A model generated the notes under the pieces. The model searched no databases and was not told the origin of the DNA. It saw only the letters and a list, made by a program, of their open reading frames with translations. Below, piece by piece: positions 1 to 19,511 of a stretch of DNA of 31,370 bases. Source of the DNA: Rotaria socialis (Eukaryota); contig CAJNYD010000034.1 of NCBI GenBank assembly GCA_905331295.1, positions 372,001-403,370 on the forward strand, in the 5' to 3' direction. The position numbers and the translations under genes are program-made. How positions within the stretch are numbered: the stretch's first letter is position 1; every line of letters starts with the position of its first letter.

Positions 1-281
1 AATGATGAAATTTCCATCTGAATTTTTTCCCATATGTAAGTCTCATGATCCTTAGAATATTTTAAAATTTTCAGCGCAAGCAGATGTTTCCTTCTCAAAA
101 TAATGAATGCACAAGAAATGCTCATTTCACGGCACGGTCAGAAAATCCAGTTTTTTTGAAAATTCAATATTTTAAGAAGGAAACCTTTGTTCGAGTTGAA
201 ACTTTCAGGATCTTCTATGGACCATGAAACCTATATATGGAAACAGGGTGCGGGTGTCGGTGTGGTGTGTATTACATTTAA
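1..281. mobile_element. Foldback/MITE-type non-autonomous DNA transposon, probably truncated by the window start
   Basis: Ungapped inverted repeat 30-108 vs 162-240, 61/79 matches by hand count. The right side ends in ..TATTACATTTAA, a possible TTAA target site. Confidence 0.65.
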
Positions 282-287
282 GGAATG

Positions 288-331
288 CTACGACTAGTTT
301 CGACCTTTCTCAAGGGTCAATCCTCAGGTAG
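288..331 (-). ncRNA. Minimal type I hammerhead ribozyme (HHR1), Penelope/retrozyme type
   Basis: Minus strand reads CUAC-CUGAGGA-UU-GACC(CUUGAGAAA)GGUC-GAAAC-UA-GUC/GUAG. It has the conserved core, 4-bp stems I and II, palindromic stem III ACUAGU and a GUC cleavage triplet (cut between 292 and 291). Confidence 0.8.
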
Positions 332-487
332 TTTAAGCACTGCATAATTTTATAGATTAAGATGAACATTTTTTTGGGAACTTCCCACGTTTAATTTATA
401 AATTTAAGACAGAGTAGAGATTTCTTAATTATAATAGGATGCGTATTATATCTAAGGATAATAAAAGGTATTAGAGATTGAAAGCAT

Positions 488-533
488 CATACGACACGTT
501 TCGACCTTGCTTAAGGGTCTATCATCAGGCATG
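488..533 (-). ncRNA. Minimal type I hammerhead ribozyme (HHR2), Penelope/retrozyme type
   Basis: Minus strand reads CAUGC-CUGAUGA-UA-GACC(CUUAAGCAA)GGUC-GAAAC-GU-GUC/GUAUG. It has a 5-bp stem I (one GU pair), the same GACC/GGUC stem II, a stem III ACGUGU that is self-complementary with wobbles, and a GUC triplet (cut between 493 and 492). Confidence 0.8.
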
Positions 534-1963
534 TCTACAATCTATTACTACATAGATCCAAAACTCTCTAAATAAACGAAGAAGTTGAGGACAATTCGTA
601 ATAAGCAAAATCGAAACGCGTCGTGTGATACTTTCAATCTCTAATACCTTTTTATTATCTACAGATTGATTTCTGAGTAGACTGTAGTTATTATGTATTG
701 ATTCCAAAAAATTAATTTCCGATGTTTTTGAATCTTTTATACTAATAATCTTCATGCCGCTTGATAAGAATTGTTTTGACAACATCGAAATACCTGGTAT
801 TGTGGTAGCTATGTACACACCCACGCCTGCAGGATATACACGACTTTGTAATGTTATTTTTCTAAAACTCGCAGTCTCTCTCTCTCTCAGAGAAACTATT
901 AGTCAATTTTCGATTAAACACGTTATATAAGTACAAGTCTAACAACAAAATGAGTAATACATTATAGATATTTCAGCACTATTGATTTATTTGTATACTA
1001 AAATTAAAACATTAAATATGACTTTGTATATGATAGTTGTAAAAGATATATTTTTACAAAGTTGCAAGCGGAAATTTGAATATCTCGTTTTCTGAGTTAG
1101 AACATCGTATTTGTAGCAGATCTTCCGAAGTTGGACATTGTGAATTCTTTTCAATGTATTGATTCCTAATTTCTGCCTGCATAATACATGCAGCATCATC
1201 TCAAAAAAAACTTATCAACTGAAGAATATCTCTCACGAATTCTAATATTGTCTACAAGATATCGAGAAAAATCAATATTTATTTTTCCTTCAATGTAATA
1301 ATCAAGTGTATTTATTTTGATCAAATAAATTCTATGCCAATATAATCCGAAATTTAGGGCGGAAGTGTATTTTTTGTGAAGAATGGTGTATTCATGTAGG
1401 CACTCATTGTACTTGTCAATGTTTTTTTTTTCTATATAAACAATTGAAATTTCTTATTCTATATAATCAATCAAAATTCGATTGAAACTTACTTATAAAC
1501 AATCGCAATCAAGGCAACTGTCATCATGTTCTATTTCTTCAGTTTATTAAACAAACAGCATCACTCTTTATTTTTATATTTTCCACCTGTCTCTGTCAAT
1601 ATGGTTCAATAACATACAGAAAAAACCAAAAAAAAAAAAGAAAGAAAGAAAATGTTGATCTTAATTATACGTGTTTATATTTTATTGTCAATATACGATT
1701 CGAACGAAAGACTGTTTACCAGTTGCGGTTTTTGATGGCTCACTGTTACCATAGTGAGAAGAAAAGTAGATTCGAATTCTTGTTTGATCTTCTTATAATT
1801 TAACAATGAGTATGTGTAAAATATGAAAAGCACAAGCATATTGAAAATAAGAAAGAGCCATCTAAGTGATGTGATTTTAGCGGAAGAAAAAAACGAAGAG
1901 AAAAAATTCAGAAAGAGAGATGTGTGTTTTCATTTTTGGATCTAGGACGACAATTCAATATGA

Positions 1964-10294
<8,331 letters not shown>

Positions 10295-11876
10295 TAGCAA
10301 ACAATATTTATAATACTAAACTTTTTGTTTAAAAAAATAGAAAAGATTCTCTAGATAAATAATCAAAACTATCATATATCAGTTCATGCAAGAATGGTCT
10401 TTTCATCTGAAACAGAAAAAAAAACAGAATAAATCACATTAATAAAATAGAAATTACTGTGTACATTGATCTGGCTTTCTAAACTATCTGTCATAAACTG
10501 AAGACAACTTCATTAGTGATGTCGTTACCTAAACTCTACCTTTCTGGCTATTGAACTCTAAAGAAATACAAAATATAAAATAATCGTTTACACGCCGACG
10601 TACGACATCTGTAGGATTAACATCAGCAAGTATACATGTTAGAAAAAGAACGATGGCAGTTTTATTTCGTATTATCTTTGTTTTGAAATACAATACTTAA
10701 CAAATAACAAGCATATATAGCTTTACAATTTGTAAGCAAGAAACATATTCTTTGAAAAGTTATTGGTATATATTGACACTTAAATATTGATTTCGGTAAA
10801 TACAGAAACTTGTTAAGTTTTTCTAAAAATTGTGAGTTGACGCTAAAGTATTTATTTTGAACAAAAACAATAACAACATCACAACAACTTTAGTACTCTT
10901 TAATGTATGTTATCAATTAAACGAATTAATATCTGGAGTATCACTGATTTTTACATACACTAAGAGCATGGCATGAGAAACTTTCTTCAACAGAATGAAT
11001 CATTCACTTCTAGCAAAAGATTGCACTCATCACCCACAGAATGATGATTTTCAATATTCATTTGAAATATTGCACCGGATTCTGAACATAATATTGAGAG
11101 TACACTGTATGATGAGTATAATGCAAATAGATAAATGGCTTGATGAAAAAAAAGCATAAATTTCATTGGATGCTGATCTAATTTTCTGTATATATAAAAT
11201 CATAGTTCAAAATAAATCTCAAAATAAGATGCTATACAAAATCTAGAAGTCTCAAAGTTTTCCTAAAATTCCTTAGAACATATATACATTGTACCAAAGT
11301 GCTTGATCTCGCCATTCTAGTAACATTCATAAAAAATACAGTTCATTGAACCGTACACTAATGCGATCGAGTTAAAAGAATAGAGTGTCACATCATGTTA
11401 TAAATATGCTACTTAATATTTCGTCATGTTGTTAAAACTTATTTTTGAATTTAAAACGATAAATGTGTACAGTGAAAGAACTATTCTTTCTGGCATACAT
11501 GATCATCACAAATGAGTTAGACGGTATTAAATATCGATCCAATATAGATTGTCAGATATCAATCATGTCAAAATCCAATTCGAATGGATCTTAATTTTTA
11601 AAGTATTAAAATTTTTATGAATATTCCCTATTCTTTCAATTGATTATAAGATTCCTGATAGATATTCTTTACCATATTTAATGTAACTATCTATTTAATC
11701 TAATATTATAGAAATACACAAGAGTTTTCTTGTTGGCATACTTGGAAAATTGGATTTTGAAGTAGTTCTTAAGTGTCTAGTGCTTATATATTTTCTACAA
11801 TATTATCAGTTATTGTTTTTCAATAATAGCAAATAAATTTCTAACCAAAATAGATAAGAAACTCTTCAGACAACAA

Positions 11877-11934
11877 AATAATATTCTACAAAAAAAAATA
11901 TATATATATATATTATTTTTTGTAGAATATTATT
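11877..11934. repeat. 58-bp near-perfect AT-rich palindrome
   Basis: 28 of 29 positions pair, centred on (TA)n, with arms AATAATATTCTACAAAAAA / TTTTTTGTAGAATATTATT. Confidence 0.85.
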
Positions 11935-13843
11935 CATGATCAATACTATCTACTGCGTCGTTCTTTTCGGTGTCATGGACAATAAACAAATTTATTCTTT
12001 GTAACAAGAAAAAGAAAAGTATGACATTGTTGATCGATGAGTTTTTAATTTCTATTTAATGTACAATTTTAAAGTCATTCAATTTTCTCTATTTAATTCT
12101 AGTATGTGCTCGTTTCTTTGTTATGCTCTATTGAAAATGCAAGTCATGTGGTCAACATCCTGTCCTATTCACTTGTCAATCTTTCTATCAGTTCATTCGT
12201 ACGTGTTTATTGACAAAACATAGAACAGACGGTCACTTTTCTTTTCTTGCTTTTACACTATCTATTCGGTCAAGTATTTCACAAAAGATAGTCTTCGTTC
12301 ATTTAATAGATGCTTTTTGTAGCCGGAAGCTTTCTCTTTTTTTTTGACTGATGATAGCAAGTTACCGACCAGCATAACGAATTTATGCTTATCATACTTA
12401 ATCGCATGATTAAATATGCATGAGAAATTTAACAAAGATTTCTGAAAAATAGAATAATTTATAGAAGCAAAAAGAAAAACCTAATTATAATAAAGAAAAG
12501 CGAAGAAAAGTCAACTCATTCATGAAAACAAAAGCAATGATTAAATGATTTAAAATTACATTTGAATGATCATTTCTTAAGATGAAAAATAAAACAGAAT
12601 AGAGAGAGGGCGTTTTCTCATCAAATTAGCATCTATTTCTTCCATATTTTAATAAAGATCAGGACGGTTCAGTCTCTTAAGTATATTCTTCTCTCGTCAT
12701 ATGCACTTGTACAAAAAAAAATGTAGAGAGGCTACTTCGACATTGTTCTGAATACTTAGAGTGTTCGTCAAGCGATTACCTTTTCAATACATGAATTTAT
12801 GCTCGCGTCTCTCACCCTCGAATTCTCACTAGAGGGAGTTTTTATTCTTATTAATGAATGAAAATCTTTCACACAAGAGAAAAGAAACACAAATGATGAC
12901 AATCATTGAGACAGGCGGTAGGTGTTCAAACGCGAACATGTGTCACCATATCTGTCTGATACATGAACACGCAAAGGCAACAACAAAAACAGCCATAATC
13001 ATAATAATACATGAAAAGAAAAGAAGAACTTCAATGAATGTTAATTGTTAAGTTTACTGCACTATTAAATAAGCCATGATATTAATGAATGTTTTCGATG
13101 ACATAAGCGCTCAACAAACAAAACATGAATTTTTTTTATGCATATTATTGTTCATTTAATTCAATATGCCCAAAGGGCATACATACATTATTCGATCTAC
13201 TTGAACATCCATTTGGGGTACAGAGAGATCCTTGAAAGAATGATCAATTACTAATTCGACCAGTGCATTACTTTAGATGTTTATTTGTCATTAGAGACTT
13301 GTTTTTTTTTTCTCAAGACATCTATACACAGTATTATATAAGATTAAAGAAAAACAATGTAGCTAAGTGTAATGATGCACAAAATAAAATTGACATAGTA
13401 TTCTTTTATTTTTGATCAATGTGTGAAAGTTGTCTTGAACTTATCAGCCAGTGATCAACTTGAGACTCGTTTAATGCTTGAGTAGTTGTTTTTGAAATTA
13501 AAACTAACAACAATAAACTATGTACGTATGTTATAGGTCGTGTTTCTCTATCGATGTCGATTGAGAATGAATATAATTATTATTCGATAGATAGCATTGA
13601 AAAGAAAAGCGAGGTTTTTTTTCTCGTGTTTCTAAATCAAGTCTCATTACTGAGAATAAAAATGATATCCCACAGAGATTTTTAATTACAGAAAAATAAA
13701 ATAAATAATTTTATTTTATTGTTTTTACATTTGCAAATCCTCGATGTTCACATCTGTATTGTTGACCATCAATTGACACGTGTGTATACTGGATAAGAAG
13801 GGGAACGATGAGAATCATAGAAAAAGAAACGTATCGTTTTTCT

Positions 13844-13865
13844 TCTCTCTCTCTCTCTCTCTCTC
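13844..13865. repeat. (TC)n microsatellite
   Basis: Direct reading. Other simple repeats lie nearby: (ATC)n ~14463-14483, (TTC)n ~18866-18890 and several (TA)n tracts. Confidence 0.85.
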
Positions 13866-16800
13866 GTTCAATCAACACGAGCAATGCTCAATAGAGAAAC
13901 AGAGAGAAAAAATAAACCCATAATTCACAAGAATCAATCGACTACTATACAGTTGTACTTCAATTTTGTCACCCTAAGAAATTACAACATATAACTATTA
14001 TCGAGTAAGTTTTAAAGCTCATCATCGATGTGATGTGTGCGTGCAAATGTTCATGTGTCAGATTGTCTCTTTCTTTTTTTTCTTCTTTTTTTTTTAATCA
14101 ATCTCTCATCATCATTTGATAACAGTAATAATAGAAAAAAAACTGATTGCATCATAAAATGACTAGTGGGCACCAGAAGGTTGAATTTTTGTGATCTACT
14201 TTTCACATGTGCATTTATCTAGTTTTCTGGTTTATATCTGAAGGTTAGAACGAAGGTGAAAAGATTGACTGGTCGGTCATTAGAAGAAGGGTGTTTGTAT
14301 GTATACATAAATGACCTTTTCCAGTTCTCGCTATATATGTATATTGTTCCTCTTCCGTTTTCGTCTTTCTAAATAATCCCTTAGGAAAAATATATTCTAT
14401 CAAATTGAACACTCATCAATTTAGCTCAGAAATTTGCAAGTATACATTTATATGATAGCCAGATCATCATCATCATCATCATCGTCGACGACGACAAGAA
14501 AAAAATAACAATAGATATGAAGTTCATTAATGATCTTGCTAGTTTGCATCACATGAAATACGGCCATCAGTGAACTATTTTAGCAAGGCAAAGCAAAATA
14601 AAATGAAATATTTGTATTTAATCTTTATATCATGATGATCATGATCATCAATGATATTATAGAATACATATTTCTATTGTAGTATATGTCAAACATTCAT
14701 TCAGAAATAGACTAGTACCTATCAGTAATGATTAGATAGTTAGAATGTTACACTTGATGTGTGCACTTCTTTTTCTTTTTTTTTTTGTTCTTCTGCTCCA
14801 TCATCAGAAACAAAACAACAACAACAAACTATCACTCGACGCGCTAATCGGTTTTCGATGACATATAGATGATATTATAAGACATAGACAGACAGTAGCT
14901 AGTCAATCGGTAATCTTTTACGATTAATCCAATCGGGTGCCGCAAGGGTCAGACGAACACACGCTCAATTGCATAAGACAATACAGAAGATGCATACTGG
15001 CTTAGTTTCCTTTTGTTCATCACAAAAATAATATGTACAGTTGTCAATCAAATAATAGAAAATAATTAGGAAACAATTAGATGATTTTCTTTAGTATTTA
15101 TGTAAGTAGGAAAACTTAGTTTAATTTTAATTGAATGATCTGAATGAAATAATTTCTTTTCTATTGTCGACGTTGATAACCGTTAGAATAGGAAAAAATT
15201 CTATTGTAACGTGATCGATTATATCTGTTTTTGCTAAATTATTTTTTTATTGTTGCTCATTATCTTCTGCCAGTACACTCGTTTACTTTACTGATTGTCG
15301 GCAAAGTGTCTTTAGATTTCAGCATCTTATCTAGAAAAAATAAGTGAAGAATTTTCATATCTTTTTTTTTCTTTTTGATAACAATCTGTTCTCGTAGTGA
15401 ACGTTTGAAACTATGTGAAATTGATATCATTGATATACAGATGTTCATTGTCGCGGTCTGATTATTTAACTGGCACTACTCGTTTTACTACATATTATGG
15501 GACAATGCCACTTTTCCTTGTCTTAATCGAATCAAATATCAAATCAAATAGTTTGAACTGGAGAAACTTCTATAACGGTTTATTTTATTTTCTTCGTCTT
15601 CTTCTCTTATTGATAGTATTCATCGATAGAAAACGAACGGATCTCATCAGTCGTATATATATATATATATATACTTATTCATTCATTCATTTGTTCATTC
15701 ATCGGATGGAAGAACAATGAATGAACGGCATTCGATTTGACGTGTGTGTACAATCTAAGCATACTTATCGCGTTCTTTTCTTCTATTACCATCATTGGAT
15801 TCATTAACTTGCACGAACTCTTGAGAAAAAGTAAGTTCATAAAAAGTAATAGAAAAAATTTATATTAGTTAGATTTTCTTCCGTTTAACCATTAAGTTCT
15901 ACGTTTTGTAATCAACTTGATAACATTATATTACTCGGTTACCTATACGTCTCAAGTAGTGACTATATGTTAATCAATGAATAAGCATATATGTGACGCA
16001 AAAATTAAAAAAAAGGATTGAACATGTCGATTAGTTCATAGATGAAGAGTTAAATCTTATCCTATTGTTGTTCGTTATTTGTCTGGAGTCGTCATTAGAA
16101 GATTATATAAGCAAATAAAATATATAGAGAGAAAAAAGTGTAGAGTTGACACTTGTAAGACATCTACGTCGGGCCAAACAAAATGATAAGAACAATTGAG
16201 ACGAAGACAAACGTCGACATATCAACAATAGATCACCATTATCATTTTAAATATATTCGATCTATACATTGGTATGGGTTAAAGTCGAGGTCTTTTTCTT
16301 TTTTTTTTTGTATTTTATAAGTGTCAGTTTACATTCCATATGCATCGAAAGTAAGTTTGTTTACTTTTCGATTCTAGCTATATGATCAAAAAGGAAAATG
16401 CTAAATTGATTTAGCTTTTGAGTTATCCATAAGGGAAGATTTAGATATCGAATGTATTTCAAAGGAAGTTTGTCTATGTGCTTATTTATCTATTGACAAA
16501 ATAGATAAATATAGTTGAGTAATCAAATGCACACACATATATATATATATATACACATCTGTTTCTAACGCCGAACACAACTCTTTTTTTTTTGATATAA
16601 ATATGTAGAAAACAAATATTAGAGGACAGTTGAAAATGACAAAAAACATTTTGTCATTTCTTATGTTCTTGAGGCAAAAAGAAATATTTGATGGGCAACA
16701 GATCGTTTAAGCAAGTTGTTGAATCGGTGTTAATTAGTATCTTTAGTGTGCAACTTATTTTTGTTTTGAAAGTATGTTATAGTAAGAGAACGTGCTTAGA

Positions 16801-19511
16801 ATCATAATGAGCAGATGATCATAAGTATGTATATATATATATACATATATTTATATATACAATTAGAAGAAACTAGTCTCCAAGTATGAAGGTTATTCAT
16901 TCTTTATTGTACCTTCAAATCTCATTTAATGAGCCTTTTGCTGTTTCACACGTCATCAAAAAATCTATAATGGTTGCAAACTATAGAGGCAATTGATAAT
17001 GAGACAATATTCGTCGTCTGAACGAATATTGCACATAAGAAAGGACAATTGTCGACCTCCTATGTCTCCCCTTTTTTAACGGGTGCTATTAGTGAGTGAA
17101 ATATAAAAAAATAATAATTAAAACTTATAACAATGACAGAAGAAAGAAAACTTGAAAGCAAAGTAGTCCCATAGTCGATACAGATTGTGCGTAACATTGA
17201 CAAAGAAATAGGTAACATATGTATATATAAAATAGTGAACGATAGACATTAAACACATTGAACGATCTTGCAGAAAGAAGGGAGGAAAAAAGCTATGCTC
17301 ATGAGTGAAGACGTATAATAATAGTTGATGAAAAACCTATTAAAATCAAGGACTATGTCGAACGAAAAGAAAAGAAAAAGCAACGACGAATAGTAGTTGA
17401 CCGACCACGTGGGTTATTGATTATTCTCCTATTTCGAAGACATGAAGATGACGCGTATATGTACTATAATTTTCTATCTTATTGCTTTGTTTTGTTTCTA
17501 TATCGTCTTATTAAAACGAAACTGACCGACTTTATTTTATTTTCTATATCTGTAAGTATCCGATGACTTACAAGTCTGGACAATGTGGGATTAAAGACTT
17601 AATTCGATTAGAATAGAGCCATTGGTTATTCATCTTCTCACATTGCGTCTCTATTGGAAAAATCTACATTTGACTAGACATTAGAGTCGTGTGTGAATGC
17701 ATGTTAATTTCTATTACCATGATTATTAAAAGGAAATGAAAAGAAATGAATGAATGGCTAACACCATTTGCAGTTCTCACTCGCATACACACATACACAC
17801 ACATCTATATATATATATTTTTTCATATATAAACATAGATCATTATATGTCATCATTAACGGAAATGACTTCTTCTATTGAATGACAATAGAGGTAAGTA
17901 AAAAGTATGCATCTATGAAAGGAAACATCCGTTTCGAATTAATTCACTAGACGCATGTAGTGATAATGAAAACTGTATTATTTCTCTTGAGTACAATTAT
18001 TGTCGAGTTCGATTAACATGATGCAACCTTTACTTAAAATGGCCACTCTAGTTATTCACATTCCTCTACATGGCAGGTACTTCTCAGTGATTGACTATGA
18101 GTGGTCTTCGTCTATATACTTGTGTATAACAGCAGGAGAGAAAGACAATACACGTAAATATTTGACGTTAACAATCTCCTTGTGAGTTACAATACGAAAG
18201 AGAAAAGGAGAACCTTCAGCATTGATTAACTCAAAATCACCCTTTTGTTACGTTCTAATCTTTAGACAATAACAAGATGACGAATTGTAATTGGACAAAT
18301 TTCGACAAAAATCGAGGTCGTTTGCATTTGTATTTGTCGTATAATTTTTTGTTTAAAATCGACTGCTGTCAATCATATGACAGTGTCTACTCGTAACGGC
18401 TCAGTAGTTAGAAATCGAAACAGTATATTATATAAAGAAAACCAGAAATCGAACACCTGCTAAGTAGAACAACAATAATAACAGTGATCAGCAATCTTCT
18501 CTTCGTCTTCATCTTCACTTTCTCTGTTGAATCGGACGCCATCAACATCAAGATGAATTTAGTTGATTTCCAGCTGTTCCTTCTTCTTCTTCCTCTTCGT
18601 TTTCCCCCGAGAAAGAATAAAGATGCTTCTTCTTCTGCTTCTTCTCCAATTTCTACACACGTAATGACATTCGGAATGTATATGTATATCTTCTCGCACT
18701 CTTTCCGTTTTTCACACTAAAGTGCCATCATTAGTCGACACATTCTTCTACAGAAGAATATAAGAAAATCGCTTGACCACTAGTGTGAAGATGTCATTCA
18801 CAAAGATTTATCTATCATTCATTCATTCATTTTCTTACTTGCCAAAAAATATATAATTGACAGCTTTCTTCTTCTTCTTCTTCTTCTTCTACGTATTAAT
18901 TAGTAAGGAAAACAGTGTATTTTCGTCTCAATGAATTTATGCTTATCTATCAAACTGCATATATGATGTAATCATTTGCTGACCGATTATTCACTTTGAT
19001 GGACATCGCACATTCATTCACGCGCGTCTCCTTAGTTATATAGCCACAGAATGAATTATTTATTATCGCTCTAATTGAATATAATCACAACTTGCGCATG
19101 CATCTAGAATTTAACCAAGGTACTGTCATTTTATATTTCCACAACAATCGTTCTGTGACGAGCCTCATGAGAATAGAGTAATAAGATCAGTAATAAGTGT
19201 TCGGTCTTGTCGCCAAGACTTCGAGTGTCAAAATCCATCTATCTTTAATACAAATAAGCACTCTTAACAACGATGACTTATTTCATAATCACTAGCGAAT
19301 ACGTAACTCTGATACAAAGAAGAAAAAAACGAGAAAACGAGTGCGGTGAAGAAGGAAGAGAGAGAGAGGGAAAGAAATGAACAGAACATGACAAGATTAA
19401 ATATATTACTACAAACATCCGTATCGAGAGAGAAAAAGAAGTTGAGACCTTGATCAATCAGAATATTTCTAGTTTTGATTATCTATATATTTCGATGAAT
19501 TTTAGATAATC

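Larger units (their letters stand above)
288..824 (-). mobile_element. 5'-truncated Penelope-like retroelement remnant (possible GIY-YIG C-terminal fragment plus HHR-bearing 3' region)
   Basis: ORF 525-824 contains KIISIKDSKTSEINFLESIHNNYSLLRNQ, resembling the PLE GIY-YIG tail (KILxxxxxxxLNxLESxxIxxxxLNxQ). Its TGA stop is the UGA of the HHR2 core. Protein similarity was judged by eye only. Confidence 0.5.

Noticed and set aside
18397..18415. tRNA A-box-like GGCTCAGTAGTTAGA
   Set aside because: No B box, acceptor stem or cloverleaf follows.
12854..18720. Short intergenic ORFs (61-101 aa)
   Set aside because: Low complexity, run through microsatellites, several lack ATG starts, and there are no domains or consistent splice partners.
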